In this document: positions 55,783 to 63,897 of the stretch, in pieces | How positions within the stretch are numbered: the first letter of the stretch is position 1 | Layout of the letters: the number at the start of each line of letters is the position of its first letter | Source of the DNA: an uncultured Ignavibacteriales bacterium | GTDB lineage: Bacteria; Zixibacteria; MSB-5A5; GN15; FEB-12 | Assembly: GCA_964397415.1 (NCBI GenBank) | Contig: CAYNIJ010000005.1 | Location: 110,580 to 174,579, forward strand | DNA: 64,000 nt | Reading direction: 5' to 3' | Position numbers and translations under genes: made by a program | Notes under the pieces: model-generated | Database searches by the model: none | Seen by the model: the letters and a program-made list of their open reading frames with translations, nothing else | Told to the model about the DNA's origin: nothing

Positions 55783-57987
55783 ATGCGCTACTCGAGAACC
55801 TTACTCTGCGTCGGCCTCTGCCTCTTTGTAGCTGCCGCGGCGGCAGTGAAGGCCGAGAACGATCACCGCTGTCCCCCGGTTTTTTCGGACAGCAAGTACA
55901 AGCTGGAATACAATCACTGTGACAGCGCCAGCTATACCTTCAAAGCGACACCGCCCAAAAATCGCAAGGGCGAGTATCCCGCCGATGGCATTATCCGCTA
56001 TCGACTGGTGAAGGGCCCCGGCTCGCTTGATTCCGTCTCCGGTTATTGGTCGCTTCCCGCCGGTACTCCGGTCGATTGGCGCAATTGCGTGGTCCTGATC
56101 GAGGCTTACTGGAAGAGCGCTCCTCGTCTGAAGACCCGGACCGGTCTGGTGCTTTTCCCGAAGAACGCCAAGCCGGTGATTATGGTCAATGAGGTAGAAC
56201 GCCGCGATACCATCGAAGTCCCGCTTGGCGCGCCATTCTCCTTGCCGATATCTGTGGTCGACCGTGATGAGTGCGATCAGCCGGTACTGACCCTCGAGCG
56301 CGTCCGTCCGCTCCCAAACGGCGCGGTTGAATTGGCGCAGAACGGTTCAGACTGGGCGCTCAATTTCGAGCCGACTCCCGAAGACTCCGGCAAGTATTTC
56401 ATTGTGATGCTGAACGCGTCCGATGGCTACAGCCATAACAAGTTCAAATTCTTCTTTGTCGTCGTGCCTGCTGAAGACGACGGCGAAGGCGAAGGTGACG
56501 ACAACGGCGGCGGTGGTGGCGAGCAGGAAGTCTTCACTTCGCTCGGCCTCTCGCTTGGTGTCGCGCGCAATCTTGATCCCGGCCAGATCGCCGAGATCCC
56601 GCTTAACCTTGACTCTATCTCGCAGCAGCAGGGTGTCGGTGGCTTCGATGTGCTCATCGCGTTCGACAGCCTCGCCCTCTCTGTTTCTGAAGTTCTCCCC
56701 GGCTCGCTCTATGATTCCTGCGCCTGGGAATACTTCACCTATAGTGCGTCGCCCGGTCAGGTTCGCATAGTTGGTATCGCCGAAACCAACAACGGCGATA
56801 TCCACCCGTCGTGCGGTGTCCCGACTCTGCCTGCTTCGCTGGCGAAACTTCGCTTCCTGGTCGGCTCCGATGCTTCCTGGCGCTGCCGCTTTGCGCCGGT
56901 CCGCTTCTACTGGACCGACTGCAGCAGCAACTCCATCTCCTCCGCCTCAGGTCTGCACCTCTTTGGCGCGGAGAAGGTCTTTGAATTGCAGGATTCTCTC
57001 TTTGTAGAACTCCCAGCCGCGTCCGCGTCGCTCCCCGGCTTTGGCGGCCTTCCGCTGGTAGGCTGCGATGGCCCCGTGCGTAAGATCGTCTTCTACTCCG
57101 GCGGTGTCAGTATCACCTGCCCGCCTCCGGCGTACGTATTCCAGCGCGGTGATGTCAACCTCGATACCCTCGCGTTTGGTGTCGAAGATTTCCGTCTCTT
57201 TGGACGCGTATTCACGCAGGGTCCGTCGGTCTTGACGCTCGACCCGAACAAGCAGTCCGAGCTGTCCGACATCAATCAGGACAGCACGCCGCTCGCAATC
57301 GAAGACTATGTGTTGATGTATCGCCGCAACACCGGTCTGGATACGTCCGATGTTCTCCCGCCTAACTCGCCGAACATCGCGTCATTCTTCATCAATGCCG
57401 GTATGCTTGTCGCGGCGACTTCTGACACGCTTGGCGCGGTTCAGATAGTGCTCTCGGGCAATGTCGCGCCGCAACTGCTTGCGACGACTATGTCGATGTC
57501 CACCTACGCGCGCAACGGCTCTACCTACGTTCTGCTTTCTCCTAAGGAGAATTTCCCGAACGCCACGTTCTTCCGGGCCAGCCCGCTGTTACGCATCCTG
57601 ACGACGACCTCGATCCAGTCGGTCGCCACTGCCACCAAGTATGGCGGCAAGGTGACGGCGCAGGTTGGCCAGACGATGGTCAACGCTTCACTGACCGAAG
57701 GTCTTCTGCCGGGCTCGTATGAGCTGCAGCAGAACTACCCGAACCCGTTCAACGGCGCGACTGTCATCTCCTTCGCTCTGCCGACCAGCGGCGAAGTCAA
57801 TCTGGAGATATTCAACGTGCTCGGTAAGGTCGTCTATCGTCGATCTGAATCGCTTGAGGCCGGCAGTCACCAGTTTAGCTGGGATGGCACCGCGCTGGAT
57901 GGCTCCGATGTCGCCACAGGCATCTACTACTATCGCCTGACTTCCCGCGACTTCACCGCGACGAAGAAGATGATGTACCTGAAGTAG
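55783..57987 (+). CDS. Secreted multi-domain protein: Ig/cadherin-like, acidic Gly linker, cohesin-like, dockerin-like, T9SS C-terminal sorting domain
   Basis: Signal peptide. FEPTPEDSGKYFIVMLNASDG (Ig-like). EDDGEGEGDDNGGGGGE linker. IPLNLDSISQQQGVGGFDVLIAFDSLAL (cohesin-like). GDVNLDTLAFGVEDF and SDINQDSTPLAIEDY (dockerin-like pair). LQQNYPNPFNG...GIYYYRL...MMYLK (T9SS CTD). Confidence 0.7.
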   Translation: MRYSRTLLCVGLCLFVAAAAAVKAENDHRCPPVFSDSKYKLEYNHCDSASYTFKATPPKNRKGEYPADGIIRYRLVKGPGSLDSVSGYWSLPAGTPVDWRNCVVLIEAYWKSAPRLKTRTGLVLFPKNAKPVIMVNEVERRDTIEVPLGAPFSLPISVVDRDECDQPVLTLERVRPLPNGAVELAQNGSDWALNFEPTPEDSGKYFIVMLNASDGYSHNKFKFFFVVVPAEDDGEGEGDDNGGGGGEQEVFTSLGLSLGVARNLDPGQIAEIPLNLDSISQQQGVGGFDVLIAFDSLALSVSEVLPGSLYDSCAWEYFTYSASPGQVRIVGIAETNNGDIHPSCGVPTLPASLAKLRFLVGSDASWRCRFAPVRFYWTDCSSNSISSASGLHLFGAEKVFELQDSLFVELPAASASLPGFGGLPLVGCDGPVRKIVFYSGGVSITCPPPAYVFQRGDVNLDTLAFGVEDFRLFGRVFTQGPSVLTLDPNKQSELSDINQDSTPLAIEDYVLMYRRNTGLDTSDVLPPNSPNIASFFINAGMLVAATSDTLGAVQIVLSGNVAPQLLATTMSMSTYARNGSTYVLLSPKENFPNATFFRASPLLRILTTTSIQSVATATKYGGKVTAQVGQTMVNASLTEGLLPGSYELQQNYPNPFNGATVISFALPTSGEVNLEIFNVLGKVVYRRSESLEAGSHQFSWDGTALDGSDVATGIYYYRLTSRDFTATKKMMYLK

Positions 57988-58058
57988 GCTCATGTATTGT
58001 AGCGTAGGATCCTTCGCGTAACTCGCGACGCGATCGTGTCAGTTGATTGTCGATTGCT

Positions 58059-58155
58059 GTAGGGCGGGTCCGTCTTCGAACCCGCCTTACTCCAGACCAA
58101 AACCGTACCCCACCATTCATGGTGGGGCTAGGCTGTACGCCACCATTTATGGTGG
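58059..58155. repeat. Composite repeat: GC hairpin plus two tandem GTAC-CCACCATTyATGGTGG palindromes (copies 3 and 4)
   Basis: Hairpin GTAGGGCGGGT / ACCCGCCTTAC (58059-58090). Palindromes at 58108-58127 and 58140-58155. Confidence 0.7.
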
Positions 58156-58164
58156 GTCCAATGA

Positions 58165-58218
58165 AAACCCGGCGCGTCTTGCGGTACTAGTAGAGCAAGA
58201 GCGCCGGGTTTGTCTTTT
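58165..58218 (+). terminator. Rho-independent terminator of the cohesin/dockerin gene
   Basis: Long stem ACCCGGCGCGTCTTGC / GCAAGAGCGCCGGGT with one bulge, followed by TTGTCTTTT. Confidence 0.7.
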
Positions 58219-58239
58219 CAATCAAACCATTGCTTGACT

Positions 58240-58310
58240 GTCATTGCGAGAAATCGCGGCCACTGCGTTCGATTGAAGGCAGTTCTATCCTCCGCGATTT
58301 CGAAGCAACC
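58240..58310. repeat. GTCATTGCGAG...CGAAGCAACC element, copy C
   Basis: Same termini as copy A. Internal perfect 10-bp inverted repeat GAAATCGCGG / CCGCGATTTC. Confidence 0.6.
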
Positions 58311-58371
58311 CCTCCCCTGCACATCTCAAAAACGAGACTCAGCTTGTGCAATCTCGCTTTCATCAGCACCC

Positions 58372-58401
58372 ACAAAAAAGCCCGCTCTCTCAAGCGGGCT
58401 T
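58372..58401 (-). terminator. Rho-independent terminator of the pyk-deacetylase unit
   Basis: 9-bp stem AAGCCCGCT / AGCGGGCTT. On the minus strand it is followed by TTTTTTGTG. Confidence 0.75.
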
Positions 58402-58424
58402 TCACATCACACTAGCAAAAACTC

Positions 58425-59309
58425 TTACTCTTCTTCCAGCGCCAGCATATCCAGATACCCCACCCCGCGCAAACCATAGTAGCTCTCCGACTGCGCGTAC
58501 ACCTCATCACGAAGCGCCGCGTCGAGTGTGATGAACTTATACCCCGCCTCCTCCAGCGCGGTCAGTAGTTCATCCAGATAGATCGCGTTCAGACGATTCG
58601 CCTGGAGCATTAATATTTGCTTCACCTGGCGTCCGACCAGATCATTCGCCATCATCTCGGCCCGTTCCAGTTCATCAAACACGCTGTTGAAATACTCATC
58701 CCGCAACACCACGTACTGCAGCGAATCAAGTACCTTCCCCATTTTGCCCAGCGTGAAATTGTACATATGGTCATCCGGCACTACCGACGCATGCGCCACC
58801 GCGGTCCCTGACGCGGACAGATACCCCTTCACCTGACGCTTATCTTCCTTGGTCGCGCCATAGTGAAGATACGGAAAGCGGAAATACCTCCGCTTCTGCC
58901 CGAAACTCTCGAGCATCGTCTCCAGCTCCGCTTCCCCCGAGGCTACCTCTTCGATGAACTTCTCGTACCCGATATCATTGAGGTCTTCGTTGTTGTACGT
59001 CATGCTCCCGATCGCGTGGCCGTCGTTCAGCCACTGCCCGATTAGGTCATACTGGTTCTCCAGACTGGCGCCGACCACAAACCCTGCAGCCTTTACCTCA
59101 TGCTTTTTCAACGCCTGAAGTATCAAGAAATTGATCGCCTCGGGATTCACCTCGCCGAATGCTTCCGCCGCCGGAAGTTCATTGAACGTGATTGCGATCG
59201 ACTTGGTCGCCTTGACCGGCTTGGCCGGGGCATCATCCTGTGATATCGCGGCTCCCGCTATGACCATCACCAGCGCCAGACTCAGAATTCCGATTTTCGC
59301 ACGCATCAT
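58425..59309 (-). CDS. Secreted NodB-like polysaccharide deacetylase homolog with degenerate catalytic motifs
   Basis: Start at MMRAKIGIL (signal peptide), ATGA-coupled to the pyk stop. RFPY motif present, but TFDD is TFNE and HxxxH reads HAIGSM. Confidence 0.65.
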   Translation of the reverse strand: MMRAKIGILSLALVMVIAGAAISQDDAPAKPVKATKSIAITFNELPAAEAFGEVNPEAINFLILQALKKHEVKAAGFVVGASLENQYDLIGQWLNDGHAIGSMTYNNEDLNDIGYEKFIEEVASGEAELETMLESFGQKRRYFRFPYLHYGATKEDKRQVKGYLSASGTAVAHASVVPDDHMYNFTLGKMGKVLDSLQYVVLRDEYFNSVFDELERAEMMANDLVGRQVKQILMLQANRLNAIYLDELLTALEEAGYKFITLDAALRDEVYAQSESYYGLRGVGYLDMLALEEE

Positions 59310-60715
59310 TCCACCTCGTGGATCATCACCAGGTTCGATGGCACTGTTTTGCCGAAAGGCGCGCCGCCGGTGATGATCACATGCTGTCCTTTGCTTGCCA
59401 GTTGATATTTCCGGCTCACCGCATTCACTGACGAAACCAGCGCATGGAACGAACCGGGCTGCCGTACATATATCGGCCAAACCGACCGGATCAATGAGAG
59501 CTGTCGCATGACATTTTTGTCGGATGTGAGCGCCGCGATCGTCTGCCGTGGAAACAGGTTGGCAATAAGTTCGGCCGTAAATCCCGATGTGGTAAAGGCA
59601 AAGATCACCCGGATCACACTGTCGTCGGATATCGCCCCTACCATCCGCGAAACCAAATGTGGCTCAATGGTATCCGTCAGGTCGCGCACGACCATCCCGG
59701 AGTTCACCTCCCGACGTTCTTCACTCGCCGTCAGAACCGCCGCCATCATCCGCACAGTCTCCAACGGATATTTCCCTGTCGCCGTCTCCGCCGAAAGCAT
59801 CACCGCGTCGGCATGGTCGAAAACCGCCGTCGCGACATCGTTCACCTCTGCGCGTGTCGGCCGCGGTGAGAACCGCATCGACTCCAACATTTGGGTCGCG
59901 ACTATCACCGGCTGACGGTGCAGATTCGCCAACTCGACTATTCGTTTCTGCAGATTCGGCAGTCGTTCCGGCGGCAACTCCACTCCCAGATCCCCTCGCG
60001 CGATCATCACGCCATCGGCCACATCCATGATCGACTCGAGCGACTCGATTGCCTCACGCTTCTCCAGCTTCGCGATAATCCTTTGCTTCCCGCCATACTG
60101 CTTTATCAGTTTCCGCGCGAGCAATACATCATCCGCCGACCGCACAAACGACAGCGCGACAAAATCCGCGCCGTTTGTCACCGCCGTCTTGATATCCTGC
60201 TTGTCCTTCGCCCCGATCGTAGGCATCTGCACGATTGAATCAGGCAGATTGATCCCTTTCGCGGGCAACAGCACGCCCGGATTCAGCACCGAAAGTTGCA
60301 CTCTGCCGTTCGCGCATTTCTCCGCTTTCAGACCAATAGCGCCATCATCGATAAACACCCGCTCTCCCGGTTTTATCGACGCGATGATCTTTGGGTGATT
60401 CACCGCTATCTCGCGTTTCGCGAGATCACTCGCCGATGTTGTCAGCGTGATCTTATCTCCCGCCTTCACCGGCAATTCCCCGGTGAATCGCGCCAGTCTC
60501 AGCTTGGGACCTGAGATATCAAAGAGAATTCCGACCGGCCATCGATGCGTCCCGGTCGCTTTTCGGATTTGACGGACCGCTCGCGAAAAATCTTCGGTGC
60601 TTCCGTGAGAGCAGTTTATGCGGAAAGCATTTACGCCTTCATCGACCATCCGACGGAGCAACCGCTCTGAACTGACCGCCGGACCATATGTCGCCAGTAT
60701 TTTGGTTCGTTTCAT
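59306..60715 (-). CDS. pyk: Pyruvate kinase
   Basis: Start at MKRTKILATYGPA. Also RINCSHG and MIARGDLGVE motifs. Confidence 0.9.
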   Translation of the reverse strand: MKRTKILATYGPAVSSERLLRRMVDEGVNAFRINCSHGSTEDFSRAVRQIRKATGTHRWPVGILFDISGPKLRLARFTGELPVKAGDKITLTTSASDLAKREIAVNHPKIIASIKPGERVFIDDGAIGLKAEKCANGRVQLSVLNPGVLLPAKGINLPDSIVQMPTIGAKDKQDIKTAVTNGADFVALSFVRSADDVLLARKLIKQYGGKQRIIAKLEKREAIESLESIMDVADGVMIARGDLGVELPPERLPNLQKRIVELANLHRQPVIVATQMLESMRFSPRPTRAEVNDVATAVFDHADAVMLSAETATGKYPLETVRMMAAVLTASEERREVNSGMVVRDLTDTIEPHLVSRMVGAISDDSVIRVIFAFTTSGFTAELIANLFPRQTIAALTSDKNVMRQLSLIRSVWPIYVRQPGSFHALVSSVNAVSRKYQLASKGQHVIITGGAPFGKTVPSNLVMIHEVE

Positions 60716-60964
60716 GACCTCAAATAACGCGAGATAGCGCCCGGAATCAGTCAAAAAACCACCCTTCAAGTGCCGAATATCACATTCAGGAAATCTTTTC
60801 CCCGAAATACAGTTTTATCTTGCAACAACTTACCTAACCATCCCCCCAAAACTCCGCTTTTCTTCTCTCCGACCCTTTCATTTCCACGTACAATGTCGTA
60901 TATTAAGCCGGTCGAGTGGGAGACCTACCAACAGATAAGGAGATCCCTGAGGGGTATTTCATTT

Positions 60965-61336
60965 ATGCAGAATAAGAAGGTATTGATTGCCGTCAACAAT
61001 ATGATCTTCACTTCTAAGATCATGTCGGTCCTTGACGGGATGGATGCCGAGGGCATTAAAGCCATTCGTTCAGACGAGATTTTCACCAAAGCGCAGGAAC
61101 TTCGGCCGGATCTTATCATAATCGACCTCAACCTGAACGGGATTGAGGCGCCGTCGCTGATCAACAAACTACGCTCCTATGGAGCGACCAAGTCGATCCC
61201 GATCGTTTGCTATTCGCCACATGTCATGGCGGATCAGATGAAAGCTGCGCTTTCTGCGGGGGCCACTGAAGTGTTACCAAACTCCAAGATGACCTCCCGT
61301 ATGAACCAGATCCTGGGGAAATATATCAACAACTGA
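60965..61336 (+). CDS. Single-domain response-regulator receiver (atypical acidic pocket)
   Basis: CheY-like fold pattern. The phospho-acceptor Asp is present (LIIIDLNL), but the N-terminal DD pair is NN. Confidence 0.7.
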   Translation: MQNKKVLIAVNNMIFTSKIMSVLDGMDAEGIKAIRSDEIFTKAQELRPDLIIIDLNLNGIEAPSLINKLRSYGATKSIPIVCYSPHVMADQMKAALSAGATEVLPNSKMTSRMNQILGKYINN

Positions 61337-61375
61337 ACGAACGGTTCTTTCCGCCGCTCGTGATCAAATTGAAGG

Positions 61376-61402
61376 ACCGGGAGTTCACCTCCCGGTTTTT
61401 TT
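61376..61402 (+). terminator. Rho-independent terminator
   Basis: Stem ACCGGGAG / CTCCCGGT with loop TTCAC, followed by a T7 run. Confidence 0.8.
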
Positions 61403-61404
61403 CT

Positions 61405-61788
61405 ATGCTGAGAATGCTTGAAATTCATCTCGAGGTCAAAGACCTCGACATATCTGAGAAGTTCTACGCCACCCTTCTTCCCCACGCGCGCATCTCCCGC
61501 TGGGATGATGGCTCTGCTGTTGCACTGATCCTCGAGGACGGCACTGCGATCGGTCTCTGGCGCAAAGGGAAACGCGGCCTTTTCGATGGCCGCGGCGGCG
61601 AACATCTTCACTTCGCCTTCCAGATATCCCGCGACGAGATCGACCTCTACCGCGACAAACTCTACAGTCTCGGTGTCGACCTCATCGAACATACCTGGCC
61701 ATCCGGCGACATGAGCCTCTACTTCTTCGACCCCGATGGCCACCAGGGGGAGTTTATGACCAAAGACTGGCTGACCCCCTTCCGTTAA
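61405..61788 (+). CDS. VOC (glyoxalase/bleomycin-resistance) family protein
   Basis: The beta-alpha-beta-beta-beta module pattern with HLHFAF and YFFDPDGH. The start is uncertain (61405 or 61414) and no SD is visible. Confidence 0.7.
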   Translation: MLRMLEIHLEVKDLDISEKFYATLLPHARISRWDDGSAVALILEDGTAIGLWRKGKRGLFDGRGGEHLHFAFQISRDEIDLYRDKLYSLGVDLIEHTWPSGDMSLYFFDPDGHQGEFMTKDWLTPFR

Positions 61789-61872
61789 GACACTGATCTC
61801 ACTTTTGGTTTTCTTTCCCTCATACGGGGGAACGAAACTCTCCTTGCGCTGTTACATCCCGTATCATCCGCT

Positions 61873-63270
61873 ATGGGCAAGCGCTATCAAAAGTCACTGC
61901 ATATCTTCCGTCGGGATCTTCGTCTCGACGACAACACTTCCCTGCGCTCCGCCCTGGAGTCATCCGAACAGGTCATCCCCTGCTTCATCTTCGACCCCGC
62001 GCAGATCCGCGACAACCCGTACCGCGGCGATCATTCCCTCCAGTTCATACTCGAATCTTTGGATTCATTACAGAAACAACTCTCTTCAAGAGGCGGTCGA
62101 CTTTTCGTCTTCGAAGGAGAACCGTCTGAAGTTGTCGAGCGACTGATCCGCGAACAGCAAATCGATGCGGTCTTCGTCAACCGCGATTACACACCGTACT
62201 GTATCGCCCGCGACAACGCCATCGCTGATACATGCCGCCGCCACAGCATCCCGTTCCAGCAACACGCCGATGCTCTCTTGACTGAGCCGGAGGCTGTCCT
62301 CAAAGATGACGGCAGACCCTACACTATCTTTACGCCGTTCTCCCGTCGCGCGAGAACCATGCTCGTCTCCGACCCGCAGCCGACCGATGCCAAGAATTTC
62401 TACACGGGCAATATCAAGAACGATACTCCATCTCTGCTCTCTTCCATCCTTCCAAAGCGTAACTCAAATCTCTATACCCATGGCGGCTCCGAGGAAGCCG
62501 ACCAACGACTCGACAATCTCGATAGATTTCGGGATTACGCTTCAACGCGCGATATCCCTTCTCTCGACTCAACCACCGGCCTCTCTGCCCACCTGAAGTT
62601 CGGGACAATTTCCGTTCGTCGGGTTTACCAGACGATCACCTCCCGCTATGGCGAGAGCCACTCGCTGATAAACGAGATCTACTGGCGCGATTTCTTCACC
62701 CACATCGCGTTTCATTTCCCCCATGTTTTCAAAGGCGCGTTCCACGGCAAGTACGACCAACTCCCCTGGTCAAATGACACCTCTGCTTTTGAACGATGGT
62801 GCGCGGGGAACACCGGTTTTCCCATTGTCGATGCCGGCATGCGGCAACTCAACGCGACCGGCTTTATGCACAATCGCGTCCGCATGATCGTCGCCTCATT
62901 TCTGATCAAAGATCTGCATATCGACTGGCACTGGGGGGAAAAGTATTTCGCGCAGAAACTTTCCGACTACGATCCGGCCGTCAACAACGGCAACTGGCAA
63001 TGGGCCGCCTCCACCGGATGCGATGCCGCCCCCTATTTCCGCATCTTCAATCCCTGGCTCCAGCAGAAGAAGTTCGACCCCGACTGCAAGTACATCGCGC
63101 GCTGGATACCAGAACTTGCTTTGTACTCCCCTGCAGAGATACATTCCCTGCATACATCGAATATGATCGTCCCGGGGTATCCATCCCCGGTGGTCGACCA
63201 TCGAGTCGAGGTTGAGATAACCAAGCAGATGTTTGCCGCACTTGCTCCTCAAACGAAAGGTCTGTTATGA
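61873..63270 (+). CDS. Cryptochrome/photolyase family protein (deoxyribodipyrimidine photolyase-like)
   Basis: LHIFRRDLRLDDN N-terminus and a C-terminal FAD-binding block (NNGNWQWAASTGCDAAPYFRIFNP). Confidence 0.9.
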   Translation: MGKRYQKSLHIFRRDLRLDDNTSLRSALESSEQVIPCFIFDPAQIRDNPYRGDHSLQFILESLDSLQKQLSSRGGRLFVFEGEPSEVVERLIREQQIDAVFVNRDYTPYCIARDNAIADTCRRHSIPFQQHADALLTEPEAVLKDDGRPYTIFTPFSRRARTMLVSDPQPTDAKNFYTGNIKNDTPSLLSSILPKRNSNLYTHGGSEEADQRLDNLDRFRDYASTRDIPSLDSTTGLSAHLKFGTISVRRVYQTITSRYGESHSLINEIYWRDFFTHIAFHFPHVFKGAFHGKYDQLPWSNDTSAFERWCAGNTGFPIVDAGMRQLNATGFMHNRVRMIVASFLIKDLHIDWHWGEKYFAQKLSDYDPAVNNGNWQWAASTGCDAAPYFRIFNPWLQQKKFDPDCKYIARWIPELALYSPAEIHSLHTSNMIVPGYPSPVVDHRVEVEITKQMFAALAPQTKGLL

Positions 63271-63752
63271 ATCACGAAGAACGGCTCGCCCTCATTGAGC
63301 GCTACGGTCAGGCCTATCAAAAACTGACCGATGCGCTCACTCGTTTTCCCCGCGACATGTGGCACTTCAAGCCTGCCCCCAGCCGATGGTCCATCCATGA
63401 GATCATCATCCACCTTGCCGATTCCGAAGCCAACAGCTTCATTCGCGCGCGCTGTTTTATCGCCGAACCAGGCAAAACCGTCATGGCCTATGACCAGGAC
63501 AAATGGGCGTCAGATTTGCGCTATGACCTGCAGGATACCGAAGGCGCGCTTGAGCTCTTCAAATGGCTCCGCGAATCTACCTACCGCATAATCAGAGTCA
63601 TTCCCGAATCTTATTGGGGACGAACCGTCAACCACCCGGAAAACGGCGTCATGACCTTCGACCAGTGGCTGAAGATCTACGAGGATCATGTCCCTCTGCA
63701 CATCAGCCAGATGCAGAAGAATTACGATATTTGGCTCTCGCGACAGAAGTAA
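63267..63752 (+). CDS. DinB superfamily protein
   Basis: Four-helix DinB-like pattern (WSIHEIIIHLADSE..., HVPLHISQM). ATGA overlap with the photolyase gene. Confidence 0.7.
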   Translation: MNHEERLALIERYGQAYQKLTDALTRFPRDMWHFKPAPSRWSIHEIIIHLADSEANSFIRARCFIAEPGKTVMAYDQDKWASDLRYDLQDTEGALELFKWLRESTYRIIRVIPESYWGRTVNHPENGVMTFDQWLKIYEDHVPLHISQMQKNYDIWLSRQK

Positions 63753-63809
63753 CCGCCGGCGCCAAATAGAAGAGCAAGTCAAGCGCCTATCTCCGCTACG
63801 GATAAACCC

Positions 63810-63837
63810 TTGACAGTGGACAGATACTGCCTATCTT
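63810..63837 (+). promoter_or_regulatory. Candidate promoter
   Basis: TTGACA (63810-63815), 16-nt spacer, TATCTT (63832-63837). Confidence 0.35.
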
Positions 63838-63897
63838 TGAGTGATACTACCAATCTCTGGTCAACCCGTTGCACCAGCAAAAGAGGACTTCCCGATT

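Noticed and set aside
22814-58155. Whether the repeated palindromes could be a CRISPR array or spacer-repeat structure.
   Set aside because: The copies are tens of kb apart, except for one tandem pair. They are not regularly spaced, have no unique spacers of uniform length, and no cas genes are present.
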